Shown here: piece after piece, positions 24,911 to 37,049 of the stretch | How the letters are laid out: every line of letters starts with the position of its first letter | Numbering within the stretch: position 1 is the first letter of the stretch | Source of the DNA: Paraphysomonas bandaiensis | Taxonomy: Eukaryota > Protista > Chrysophyceae | Length of the DNA: 64,000 nt | Assembly (NCBI GenBank): GCA_965644295.1 | Contig: CBFFRP010000019.1 | Location: forward strand, 224,170 to 288,169 | Direction: 5' to 3' | The notes under the pieces: generated by a model | Databases searched by the model: none | Seen by the model: only the letters and a program-made list of their open reading frames with translations | What the model was told of the DNA's origin: nothing | Made by a program: the position numbers and the translations under genes

Positions 24911-26322
24911 ATGTCACCTACGAACAACATTAAATATTCCCTAATTGGACACCGTGGTCGCTGCTTTGACGTGAGATTCTCCGATAATTATAAGTACATT
25001 TTATCAGGTAGAATATACTCTTCTTATCAACTCATGGCTTAATGACTTTACAGCCTCGGAGGATGGTACGGCTCGTCTGTGGAATGTGTCGTCGAGGAAA
25101 GCTATTGCAACATTAACTCACGGAGCAGAAACTGAAGTTCTGCGGAGTATGTTTGTTTCAAATACAGGTGGTACTCCAGACCCACTTAATAATGTATAAC
25201 ACGATTTCAGGCAGTAGTGTTATTTGCACATGCGGGTCCGATGGCAGTGCATCACTATGGAGATCGCCACAAGAACTTGGTGGTAGCAGTGACACACCGC
25301 TGTCATATTCCAAGACACATTCTTTGTCACATGAGGATCAGATATACGCATGCGAGTCTTTATCATGTGTACCCTCTGCAAACGTGTTGACTGCCTCCAG
25401 TGACCGTATTTACCTCTGGGACATTGGGGAGGCAGGTCGGGATGAGCCTCAATCAATTCAGTTTGTATCTGCGCATCAAGGTGGAACGGAAGATGGCTTT
25501 GGAGGCCCAAGGAACCCTGATAATAAAGCATTCGTCTTTGACGCCAAGCCAGCAATGCCTTCCGGAACTGAATCAGCTGCACCGGATATAATGGGCGCTG
25601 CGGTTGCTGTTGCCTTGAGTGATGGTAAGGAGTACAATTAACTTGTAGATTTAAAGTCTTGAATGCAACAGGTACTGTTCGAGTAGTTGATCTACGGACA
25701 CCGGACTCTGCACTTAATTTTTTAATTAGAAGTGATAGCGGTAGGGTTTATGCGTAACATGTATTCAATAGTTAATAGTTTTTCTGTCATACTCAGAAAG
25801 CTCTGGATCATATGCTACTGCGGTAGGTATACTGGAGGCATATTGCTATCGTTATATTTGAAACCGTAGGTGTGCTGGAGTCCCGACAAATTGTCTATAG
25901 TATCCACCATGGGGTGTGGTGATGTGGCGCTTTTGGATCTGCGAACGGTAAGCTTTTTTCATATATGCATTCATATCTTCTTATTATCGTGGGTAAACAA
26001 TCAGAGCCGACTACGAGCGTATATTCGGTCCGCACATTCCAGTGCATGTTTTGGATCTGTTTTTAAAGCTTCAAACGACACAGACTCTTCCAGTCAGTGT
26101 GCGACATGGTCGAGTGACGGTTCTTTAAGGGTGTGGGACATGGAGACTTTGCAAGGGGTATGCAGCGCAGACCACGCGCTGGGTGGATGCACGCTGCCGG
26201 GGTATCCAATTTACTGTGCTGCAGCTGGGCCTAGCTCAAGTAGCGAACTCATAGTTGGTGGAGGTGGTAGTGATTTTTCTTTTGTTGGCGTGTTAGTTCA
26301 TTCAGTTAAGGTTTGGGTATAG
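24911..26322 (+). CDS. WD40-repeat protein (multi-exon)
   Basis: GHRG..F..SASEDGTARLWN, TCGSDGSASLW, IYLWD, WSSDGSLRVWD repeats. Confidence 0.85.
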
Positions 26323-27222
26323 TTTATATAGTACTTAACTGTTACACGTGTAAGTAGTAGAAGTAAGCACTAATTATACATTCGTAATTTGGAGCTATCT
26401 ATTACTTGATGGTATAATATGTATTGTTTTCTCTTACGCAATCGTCACTCGTTGTACGTATACTTAGTGAATAATTACGTAATAGCTATGGATTTGTTCA
26501 TAACAGTATAATCTCAGCTGTGTATAATCGGATTAATAAATGCAGTTATTTCTAAGAGCACGTCACGTGGGATTGGATCGTGTGTAAAGTCTATGGACTC
26601 GACGAGCTAGGGCAAGATATCCTAGCCTACAGACAATAGAGTAAGCGAGTAAGTGTGGAAAGGAAGATTTTCATTGATAAGAACAACTACCGAAAATAAT
26701 CATTTGCAGATAATGTTAGCTCCGCTCGTAGTCACTAACAGCGTAGCTTAAGGCTTTAGGAACAATATTTACTACTACATCCCTGTAAGAATGATATCAG
26801 ATGATTAGATCTTTCAAACAATGTGTATCTTGGACTCACCATCAGTGATTCGTACGTAGTTGGGTGTACTGTAGATATCTGGATATCTATCCTAAAAAGT
26901 AATGGTTTTCAGATTTTACAAAAGGATCTTCAAAAAACCTTGCGTTTTTACTAATGTGAGTTCTATTTCTTAGTGTTTTTTATTACGATGATGGATTGAA
27001 TTGTTCCATTTTAGAACATATGTCATAAAGTTCTCAGTGTTCCTTATATATGAGTATATCAGTATACGGGCCTATACTGCGGACACTCAACACATATGGC
27101 ATAATCATATCTACAAGACATACATACCCATTAAATATATTATTATTTGCAATCATTTCTCGATCTTGTTTCTTCGAGCCATTTATTTCGACTTAAGTGA
27201 CTCAGAAACAAACTAACATATC

Positions 27223-28361
27223 ATGATGGTAAGTGGCATATGGTTATTAACACACTCTGACTGTTGTAACACACGCATATGCTTCAGACCAGGAATATTG
27301 GGGGGGTGGCCCGCATGAACATTGCAAAGGGCTTCACAACAGCAACGAGACAGTTTGGTGATTCAGCATACACATTTGCGTTCATGGCAAACAATACGTT
27401 TTTGAAGGTACAGAAATATTCTTCAAGATGAATGGATTTGTGATTTCAGCTGTAGGCTGATCAAGCTGCAGGTAAAAAGTCCCCCTTTTCGATAGCGGGA
27501 ATCCCGTTTGATGGTGCTACCACTAATCGTCCCGGTGCGCGATTTGGGCCACGATCTATTCGAGATGCAAGCCACATGCTGTGTGATGCTACGCATCCTG
27601 ATTTCAATGTTTCGCCACTCAAATACATAAATGACCAAGGAGATTTGAACCTGCCGAACACTAGTCTGGCGGATATGAGGAAGAAATTGGAGCCGTTGGC
27701 GGCCGAGCTCTTGAAAAAGCATCACATGATATGGCTTGGTGGCGACCACTCTGTTACTCTTTCACTGCTTCGTGCCCAGCGTGCACATGTGGGTCGTCCA
27801 TTGGCTGTGATTCACTTCGACGCGCACTGCGACACCTGGGAGGATCATTTTTCAGAGCCCAGCGGGCATGGTACATGGGTATACGAGGCAGTACAAGAAG
27901 GGCTTGTCATCCCTGAGTGCTTTACACAGATTGGTATTAGGTCTCCTGGGGAGAAGCGTACTCTGGAGTATGTCGCAGACCAAGGTGGTGCCATTCATAC
28001 AGCTCGACAGCTCAGGGGGCGTGAAAACCCTGAGCAATTGAAAGAAGTATTGGATAGTATACTGAATCGCCACAAACAACATGGCAATCCCCCAACGTAC
28101 CTTACTCTGGATATAGATTGCCTCGACCCCGCCTATGCACCGGGCACAGGTACTCCTGAGATAGGAGGAATGTCCACACGACAAGTCATGACAATACTGG
28201 AGGAGCTCGGTCCTAGGCTGAACTTTGTTGGCATGGACTGCGTGGAGGTTTCACCTCCCTTCGATCACTCAGAACTCACTAGTCAGGCTGCCGCTGGATT
28301 TGTCTGGACGTACCTATGTGCTCGTATTTTTGCTGGAATGAATACTTATACTCCTCCGTGA
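27223..28361 (+). CDS. speB: Agmatinase/ureohydrolase, bacterial-type, with putative N-terminal targeting peptide (introns ~27229-27287, ~27408-27456)
   Basis: GIPFDGATTNRPGARFGP, GGDHS, DAHCD, DIDCLDPAYAPGTGTPEIGG, EVSPPFD. Confidence 0.88.
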
Positions 28362-28729
28362 GTAGATATACATACCAGTGTGACATACGAATTGCCTAGT
28401 GTAAAATTTAAAATAAAATAATTGATACTGTGCATTGTTTAAGACACATAATGAAATACTGTACATTGTTTCTGACTACAGATATATATGAGTTAAGCAG
28501 TTAAACATAGTCTTAAATTATTTAAAAGATAAACCTAACACCCTACAACAAGGGCCAATTGTAGTTTCTGCATATATATTGCAATAGTGTTGTTGAGCTG
28601 GTGAAAAAAGTGAGTAATTAAGGGGACGCTATCTAATAATAGTATTGAACTATATTGTTCAATAGCCCCGTTATATCAGATGATTGATATTTAATATGAT
28701 AAAGAGAAACTATCAGGACTTATGAACTC

Positions 28730-29300
28730 CAGACTTGCGTAACCATTAATGGCAATGCATTGCTTCCCCCTATTTTTATGGTCACTAATGGCCATTAATG
28801 GATGATTAATGATTACTATATTACTATTGCTTCATTGCTTTCTCTTATTCACTATACTCACAATCTTTACATATTTTTATCTTTTTGTATTATAATATAT
28901 TACATATAGTTCTGATTGCTTATGCTGACAAGTGGCTGAGCTGTGAATTTAAAACTAGAAAAGAAGGTGGTACAATCAATTCATGTTATCATTCACAACA
29001 TGATTGTGATGTAATCACATCAATAGAATTTATATGAATTCTTAAAACAGATTGCTTAAATGACTTAAATACGTATATAATAATATATTAATAACTAATA
29101 ATGGACCGGAAGGTGGTGGCTTGTCACGTATTCTTACATAGTGCTGACAACTAGATACTAACTAGTGGATATTGCCATTCATGGCCATTAATGGGCACCA
29201 CATCTCTCCCCCATTTTTATGGCCATTAATGAATTGCTTTTTTCCATTTTATGGAGGAAGGCCATTGATGGCCATTACCATTAATGGTAACGCAAGCCTG
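28730..29300. mobile_element. hAT MITE (CCATTAATGG family)
   Basis: TIR CAGRCTTGCGTWACCATTAATGG; 8-bp TSD ATGAACTC at 28722-29 and 29301-08. Confidence 0.9.
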
Positions 29301-29769
29301 ATGAACTCAGTACAAGTATTACACTATTACAAGAAGAAGTAAAGCTTTCTAAGTACTAAACATTTTTTTCCATTGGTGACATAATATGTAAATGTTGCTT
29401 TCAGAGACACTGGCAGAAAAGATGCATCCAAGTAGAGTACTTATTATCTATAGTATCTTGCTGTGGGGATATAGCTATGTCATATTAGTTAAAGCCATAC
29501 ACGTTCACAATTGAGAGGTCCTTCATAAGAAATCTACACATTAGACATGCGTATCACTTGTGTGGAAAGTATACATATGAGTATCTTAACAAGATTTTCA
29601 TGCATCTTTATGTATATACAGAGCACTAACACACGATCGTACTATATAGAATAGGTTACACCGGTATACAGAGCAGTCCGATGTTAGATGTGCGAGTTCT
29701 ACAGTACGTACATACACCAAGCATAGCTGGTAGCCGGATAGTAGGAATATCCTACAGAACAACGTATAC

Positions 29770-30008
29770 GGGCATTGAAGTTCATGGATGTGTCCTGTGT
29801 CCACTGACTGTAAGTAGAACAATATATGAATATATTTCTCAATGGATACTTACACGCACATAGATACATACATATATAACACGAGGCATAGTCAGTATTA
29901 TTACATCGTTAGATACGCCCTCTATATATTCAATACAGATTTATTCTTCATTTATTATAATATCTCCCTTAACTACTCCGATTTGGTGTTTACTATCGAT
30001 AATATCCT
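29770..30008 (+). pseudogene. Duplicated promoter and truncated 5' end of the downstream 2OG-Fe(II) oxygenase gene
   Basis: Near-identical to ~30949-31220 but ATG region deleted and homology stops at 30008. Confidence 0.75.
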
Positions 30009-30220
30009 ATATTAAATGCTGAAAATGTTTAATGCGGCTTCATTAATTGAATATCAATTTATTATAAGATAATTTTTAAAAATTTAATTCGCTCGGTTAA
30101 TCAGATAATAATGAAGTTAATGCAGAAAAATTCTTGTTATTGATGCATCTCAGTAATAGAAACAAACCCTGGTGAAGCGGATTTCGTAAATGAGGATTGA
30201 TATCATTTAATAAATCGATT

Positions 30221-30613
30221 TTATTCTAATTTAATTTCATACAAAGTACCATCTTCTGATGCTTTGTATACTGTCCTTCCATATAAAATATAATTAATTT
30301 GATCAAAGAACTCAATCCAATCTTTACGATAAACGTATCTGGAGTTGTATATGATTTCAGGACCATAAAACGTTACATGTTTTAAGTTATTAGATATACG
30401 ATTATGAATACTCATTGACGATCTTTCAATAAAATCTCCTACTTTAATTGTTATATTAATAATATAACCAGCACGACCATTTTGATCATCAAAACTGGTT
30501 ACACTTTGCATAGTTTCAAAAGGCGGAATTTGTCTAACATTACGATATTGTGGCATATGTAGGTGAACAACATTATCGTGATACGCATTAACCAGAGTGA
30601 TCATAACTTGCAT
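30221..30613 (-). CDS. AT-rich intronless ORFan (possibly virus-derived)
   Basis: 130-aa ORF rich in I/N/Y with AT-ending codons, inside an AT-rich island 30010-30660. Confidence 0.4.
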   Translation of the reverse strand: MQVMITLVNAYHDNVVHLHMPQYRNVRQIPPFETMQSVTSFDDQNGRAGYIINITIKVGDFIERSSMSIHNRISNNLKHVTFYGPEIIYNSRYVYRKDWIEFFDQINYILYGRTVYKASEDGTLYEIKLE

Positions 30614-30775
30614 TGCAATATTTAATGTGAGTTTAATAAAAATGAATTCTTCAATTTACACTAATATAAATACAAGATGCCTGCATATCTATGGATATGT
30701 ATGCACAGGCAGTTCCAGAACGAGACTGTGTTGAGGAAAATTCTTTTGCGTAGTCTGTGTCCTCGTGTACCGGCA

Positions 30776-30930
30776 TATATACGTATGTAGGTAGGCAGGT
30801 AGGTATGTACGTCTGTATGATGTATGTATGTATGTATGTATGTAGGTAGGTAGGTAGGTAGGTACGTCTGTATGTAGGTACGTATGTAGGTAGGTAGGTA
30901 CAGTCGGTAGGTAGGTTTGTAGGCTAGGTC
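30776..30930. repeat. (GTAG/GTAT)n compound microsatellite
   Basis: Visible tetranucleotide repeats. Confidence 0.9.
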
Positions 30931-31155
30931 TGTGTGTATGTGTGGATAGGCATTGAAGTACATGGTTGTGATCTGCGTATGTGTGTATGTGTATGTGTCC
31001 TACTCTACTGTAGAAGAATATATGAATATATTTCTCAATGGATACTTCCACGCACATAGATACATACATATATAACACGAGGCATAGTCAGTATTAATAC
31101 ATCGTTAGATACCCCCTCTATATATTCAATACAGATCTTATTCTCCATATATCAT

Positions 31156-32127
31156 ATGACAACTCGTCATAATATCTCCCTCAACTACTCCGAGTTGGTG
31201 TTTACTATCGATAACATCCTCTCATATCATCAGACTGTATGTTTAATTAATCAAGCATCTAAGAAAGGATTTCATCATTCATCTATATCCGGTGGTGGAC
31301 ATGGACGAACAGGAAATGAGGACCCTCGTACAAACAAATTCTGTGTGATGGATATGCCGGATTTGGCATCAGAGCTCTATCAGAAGATACGCCCTCATAT
31401 TGAGCATGATTTATCATATATATGTAACTATTATATGGATCCATATTTTCATTCTATTACAAGAGGGCATGAATGGGTGCCACATTGTGTGTGTGAGCGA
31501 ATGAGGATATATAAATATGACGAAGGAGATACATTTCCAGAGCACATTGATTACAAAATGAAGAGAAAGTGGGTTACGATGGATAGTATTATGCATATCC
31601 CTAATATGTTGTAGAGTGGTAGAGAGAAACGCATCAACTGGACAGCTGGAATATTATACAGAACAATCCTTTCTGACACTGCTTATATATCTCAACGACG
31701 ACTTCACAGGTAGCCAGCACTATATGTTAAATTGTTGCACATCACGCATTATATCCAGGTGGACAAACCGGGTACTGGCCGGATCACCAAGGAATCCATT
31801 GCAGGTGTGGCCTTTGCAGGCAGAATGCTTATAACTATATGGTGCAGGTTTCTTCGTAGTATTGAAAGGACTCAACACAAGAAAGATCATCAAATTATTA
31901 TAACTCCGAAGACTGGTATGGCTGTGGTGCAGTACCAAAACGTGCTTCACGAAGGCTTACCACCTGCAAATGGAACAAAGTTTATTTTAAGGACAGATAT
32001 TATTTATCGTAGTAGAGCAGAGAGACATCGGCGCTTGCCTCCTCTAGAGGAGGAGTACCCATACGGTGAGTACGTAGGCCCATGGGAGCGACTATTCGAA
32101 TCTTCGTGCAAGAACTACGCCGACTAG
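31156..32127 (+). CDS. 2OG-Fe(II) dioxygenase (prolyl-hydroxylase-like), 4 exons
   Basis: ERMRIYKY, EHID (HxD), TLLIYLNDDFTGG, HEG, KFILRTD. Confidence 0.85.
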
Positions 32128-32869
32128 CAGGCGTTTCTGTGTGACAATGGCAATCTGTATTTGAACTTGAACGAAGAATTCTTAGTTATTAGTGCGGATA
32201 ATCTTCATAGACAGGGGGTTAGAGTCATCTGACGAAAGTTTTGGATGTTTTATTTGTTACCCATTACCCATCCTTACCTTATTTTAGAGATATTCATCGT
32301 GAAATTAAATCATCGACCGTTGTAGTATGTCTAAGCAGTGTAGTAAACATGGTTTCTCAACACTATCGAATAAGCAGTACACATTGAATTTCTGACTATT
32401 AAATAGCCCAAGCTTTTGCGTTGCCGTAACCAGCCCAACAACTCGCACGACACTAAAAGCATTACGTGACTCTCACTTAGTTACTATTGCATGAACCGAC
32501 AACTGCTCAACTATACAACACGATTTAATTAGCTGCATGCATGGGCATACGACGAGTTGAGTCTTTAAGCTGGATCATACGCTCCTGTCCAATCTATTTG
32601 TCCTAACTCAAACAAATTGCGGTCCGTGTCTTCGACATAATATGTCTCCTGTTGGACCCTTCATGGTGGTATTAACAGCAGCAGGTTGTCTGGAGGGGAG
32701 AGTAGCTTTAGCGTCACGTCCTTTCCATGGTCATAGTGCGGTCTCAAAGACCACACGGATGCCAAGTAATGTTCGGCATACATCACTAAAAAACCGGTGA
32801 CCAAGCAGAATAATGTTGATATTCCTGACGCAGTCCAACTCCCGGATACCCCGCAGGTAGACCCATTCC

Positions 32870-33500
32870 CTGAAACCTGCTTATTTGTCAAGAGGCCCAA
32901 AGATGACTTCTACTCAAGTTACACTTATTTATGTCCTTTGAACCACACAAGCATTTATCTGAGTGGTCAGGAAATTATCTTACACAACAACATCAAAAAG
33001 GATATTAAAGCCGAGAATATAAAACCTTTTCCTCGTTTGAAATCATCTACTACAATAGCTTTGATTTTAGTTTCCATTCCACCACTATTCAGAAATGATG
33101 TAATGTTTTTCAAAAATTCCCCCCCCTTAGTAATCAAACCAAGCAACTTGGAGTTTATCAAAATTTGATACCGGAAGTGTTAACTTTTAAAAACTGATGG
33201 TTACTTATACTTAACGCTAAGACTTTATATCTTACGTCGTCACTATTTTCCGTTCCACTACTATATATATATATATACTTACCGTCATGATATTAATTCT
33301 CATAATACGGTTAACCAAAACTAACTGTATACTACTCGTGACGTTTATAATTGAAACGTCTAGAGCGAAAGTGGTTGCACTTTGGTGCTTGGAGTCACGC
33401 ACAAGCAGCTTTCTTATAGTTTATATTCAAATAGTAGGATATCAGAGTTACGCAATAGTTCTGACTCTTACACGCCTATTGCTAATAATAAAACCTTCAC
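32870..33500 (+). mobile_element. Degenerate copy of dispersed retroelement-like family with AT-rich insert
   Basis: 32875-32972 matches reverse complement of 13935-14040; 33360-33500 carries GCACAAGCAGC, AATAGTAGGATATCAGAGTT and ACGCCTATTGCTAATAA. Confidence 0.5.
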
Positions 33501-33912
33501 TACTATTTAAATGCCTTTTAACTGCAGCATTCAATTGCTCTCAAATAGCAGAACTTAACACAGTTGAAGTAAACAACTACTTGCCCCGACACAAAATAAT
33601 AAACATCAAGGCTACTTCATATAATTGTAATTTTATGTAACCTGGGATACGTGCAAGATACTAATTATATTGATGTCGTCGCAGTTCTGTGTGTGCAACC
33701 AGCTATCCTCTGATTTACAAACAGAATTAATTAGAACAAAAAGACATGATGTTCAAGTTATCCAACGGAGAATTGTACCATTTGAATGAACTTAAATTTT
33801 AGTTCCACTAAATAGTTTATTATTAGAATTGCAGTGCTATACTAGAGCATAAAAAGGTGAAAATGCAGAAAAAAAGATGAAAATTACACTTCGCACACAA
33901 TTTTCTATCGCA

Positions 33913-36474
33913 CTAGACATTTTCGTCACCGGTTTGGTTATTTCGACTCTCTTTACCGATGCCATTTACTTTAGGAATAACGTCTTCGAAAAGACGTATA
34001 TCGAGTGGTTTAGGTAAGACCATATCCGCACCACTTCGAATAAATATGTCAATATCATCAGCCATAACATTACCTGTGACTCCAATTATTTTGAGATTGG
34101 AAAACCCCAAACGGCGAATAGCCGCTGTAGCTTCCGGCCCGTTCATATTAGGCATTTGAAAGTCCATCAGAATACAAGAGTACTCCTTGGCTGTGGGTGA
34201 CCTCATGATGTTCAAGCATTCCATACCATCGACAGCTTCATCGCATATATATCCACGACGGCGAAGAAGATGACACAGAAACTTCCGGTTGGACTTGGCA
34301 TCGTCCACCACAAGAACCTTTTGCGCCATATCACTTAAAGTAGTTTCTGGAGGTGGTGCATGATGCGGACTAGGCCCCGAATCCATTATTGTCACTTCGG
34401 GGGTTTGCATTGACATATGTGGAGCCATAGTGTCACACATATCATGTACAGGGAGTTCGACATTGAAAGTTGACCCAGTACCGCTCCCCGCTGAGACTGC
34501 CCAAATTTTCCCGTGGTGAAGCTCGACTATACTCTTGGAAATCCACAGCCCAAGCCCACTACCCTGCCCGCCTTGAAGCTCGTTTGGGTTAAACTGTACA
34601 CCTTCCCCGAAAAGGAGTTGAAGATTTTCTTTTGATATCCCAGGCCCACTGTCCTTTACTGACATTATCACCGATCCCGTCACTTTGCCCCCAACACACT
34701 CCTTTTCTTGCACAGGCAGTGGGAGGTCACTATGTTGGTTGAGTCGTACAGTGACGTTAACATACCCCCCACATGGGGTAAACTTGAGTGCGTTTGAGAC
34801 AATATTACTTACCACCTGTGCAAGTCTCACACGGTCTCCGAACACCCGTACTTGGGCCAGGGTCAAGTATTTTCTACTATTATCATCACATAGGTCTTCA
34901 CAAGAAACCGTTAGGCCAATACCCGCCTGTTCAGCTCGAATATAGAAGTGTTGTATAGCTTTTTGAATCAACACATCTATACGCAAAGGCTTAAATTCTA
35001 CTTTCATTTTTCCCATTGTAATTTTGTCGTATTGAAGAAGGTCGTTGAGAACAGTCACAGCAACATCTGTGTTCTCCATGATTTCACCTGTGATGTTTAA
35101 CAGATGAGATTGATGGTCTTTTGATACCTCCACCTCCTCTTTGATAGAGTCAAGAGTAGTTACTTCAATAGTTTTTATTTTCTCCTCGAGCAATTTGAGT
35201 CCCATCGTAACGGTGTTTAGAGGAGTACGTATCTCGTGAGACACCAGACGAACGAAAGCACGTTTAGCTCTGAGAATTTGTTTTTTGGCAGTACTCTCCT
35301 TATGAACGTAATAATCGTATGTAAAGAAGACAACTGATGTCAGCAGCACTATTCCAACGCTCACAAATGAGACTTTCAGTGGCAGATCAGTAAGGAAGGA
35401 TGTCCGTAACCTATCTGTTGGATACACCGATACCCTGTAGTTAGCTGCAGACACAGCCATAGATCGAACCGCAGAAATTGTAATATCTCGCCTCATATGA
35501 GAGTACTGTCGGTCATGGAGATCCCCATTGCCCCTCAAAGTTAGGCGTCCATGGCCTAAAGTAAAAGTATACTCTTGCGTCTCAGTAGTGATGACTACAT
35601 CCATATCATTAATTGTATCTGGGATCAGTCCCATAATTACGGTTTCCCAGTCAAATGAAATTCCCTCTAGCCCAACTACTTCGCAGATGTCTTCAAAAGG
35701 AAAAACAGGAACAACGACAATAGACGCGAGGGTACCATCCGGTGAAAGTAGAATATCTGTCATTACAGAGCATTGCTTATGACCACCGTCGGTACAATCA
35801 AGAACCCTATCAACCGCAACACCAAGGGGGGGAACGGAATGCACATTTAGCAGACGCCACCCATCGCAATTAACTTCGTGGCCACAATTAAGTATTGGGG
35901 TTAGGATATTCCTCTCGCTAAAGTACGTTTGACCTGTAGTATCATGGTATATCTCTCCTGTCGGGCTCACAGAAGTGATTACTGCGGAACGGCCAAATAA
36001 CTTCTGCGCATAGGCCTCAAAGCTTCGGGAAGTATTGGGGTATACAATTGGTAGATGTGTAGCCGTAATCTTTGTAATATTCCTAAACCTCCTACTTATA
36101 TGATCATACCCATATATGGAAGCGTTGGGCCAGGCGCTGGCCAGAGGGAGCATAACAGCAACAAAATCTGCAATTGCTTCGGCAGAGCTGGTGACCCTAT
36201 CAAGAGAGTTGGCAATTGCATCATGTGCTTCGTTTGATGCCATTTGAAAGTGTGATTGGAAGTTTCGTTCGTCGGCTTGTTTGAGTAAAACGAAAGCGAA
36301 TGATCCACATAAGGCAGCAGTTACAGTCAAACACAGGAATACCAACACTCTCAAGAACGCCAATCGTGATATTCGTAAGTCACCCACCAATGGTGATTTA
36401 ATGGAGACCATTGGTGTATCTTCCGAGCAATCCGGTCCATCCATTGATGATATCTTGCAGTGGGATTTGAGCAT
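33913..36474 (-). CDS. Hybrid sensor histidine kinase (2 TM, extracellular CHASE-like region, HisKA, HATPase, receiver)
   Basis: SHEIRTPLN, NIVSNALKFT, DSGPG, GSGLGL, VVDD..N, MDFQMPNMNG, KP. Confidence 0.93.
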   Translation of the reverse strand: MLKSHCKISSMDGPDCSEDTPMVSIKSPLVGDLRISRLAFLRVLVFLCLTVTAALCGSFAFVLLKQADERNFQSHFQMASNEAHDAIANSLDRVTSSAEAIADFVAVMLPLASAWPNASIYGYDHISRRFRNITKITATHLPIVYPNTSRSFEAYAQKLFGRSAVITSVSPTGEIYHDTTGQTYFSERNILTPILNCGHEVNCDGWRLLNVHSVPPLGVAVDRVLDCTDGGHKQCSVMTDILLSPDGTLASIVVVPVFPFEDICEVVGLEGISFDWETVIMGLIPDTINDMDVVITTETQEYTFTLGHGRLTLRGNGDLHDRQYSHMRRDITISAVRSMAVSAANYRVSVYPTDRLRTSFLTDLPLKVSFVSVGIVLLTSVVFFTYDYYVHKESTAKKQILRAKRAFVRLVSHEIRTPLNTVTMGLKLLEEKIKTIEVTTLDSIKEEVEVSKDHQSHLLNITGEIMENTDVAVTVLNDLLQYDKITMGKMKVEFKPLRIDVLIQKAIQHFYIRAEQAGIGLTVSCEDLCDDNSRKYLTLAQVRVFGDRVRLAQVVSNIVSNALKFTPCGGYVNVTVRLNQHSDLPLPVQEKECVGGKVTGSVIMSVKDSGPGISKENLQLLFGEGVQFNPNELQGGQGSGLGLWISKSIVELHHGKIWAVSAGSGTGSTFNVELPVHDMCDTMAPHMSMQTPEVTIMDSGPSPHHAPPPETTLSDMAQKVLVVDDAKSNRKFLCHLLRRRGYICDEAVDGMECLNIMRSPTAKEYSCILMDFQMPNMNGPEATAAIRRLGFSNLKIIGVTGNVMADDIDIFIRSGADMVLPKPLDIRLFEDVIPKVNGIGKESRNNQTGDENV

Positions 36475-37049
36475 ATTGTGTTATCAATGAGCTTAATAAT
36501 AGTGCTCATAGTTATCTGCAATGGTAATGCAATGAGCATTGCACTGATACAAGAGGGAATCCTGCTTACGATTCCTCTTTGATCGCCTGTATGTATTGCG
36601 TAAGTTATGTATGCATAGTCAGTGCACCATATCACACTTCCCTCTTAACTGCCCGCTTTGCTCCTTGTCTCTCACAACAAGTGCGTGTAGTGGAAGTGTG
36701 TAGCCCGGATATATATGTACACCGGATATAGGCGGCCCGGATATACCTATATAACTATCGCGTATGTGGTATGGACGAGGTGTCGTGACGTTGTCCACAC
36801 AAGAAGTATGTAGGACATCCCAAGAAACTCCAAGTTGTTCAAAAAACCGTGATATTTGATAGAAATATCATTGATTTTCTTCATAATACGGCACCTTCTC
36901 ATACAGCAGAATGTTCCACTCCAGTAGAATGATCCCCCACACGTCCATAAAGTGGACACCAATGCTCTCTATATAAGATTAAAGCATTAATTCACTCAAT
37001 TTGACAACAAGTTTGCTTCAGATTGTTTTCAACAAACGTTTTGTAAACT

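Noticed and set aside
26783-26919. Solo LTR (TGTAA...TTACA)
   Set aside because: No TSD, no second copy, very short
30661-31078. Minus-strand ORFs rich in T/Y/L/P/H
   Set aside because: Translations of the GTAG/GTAT microsatellite
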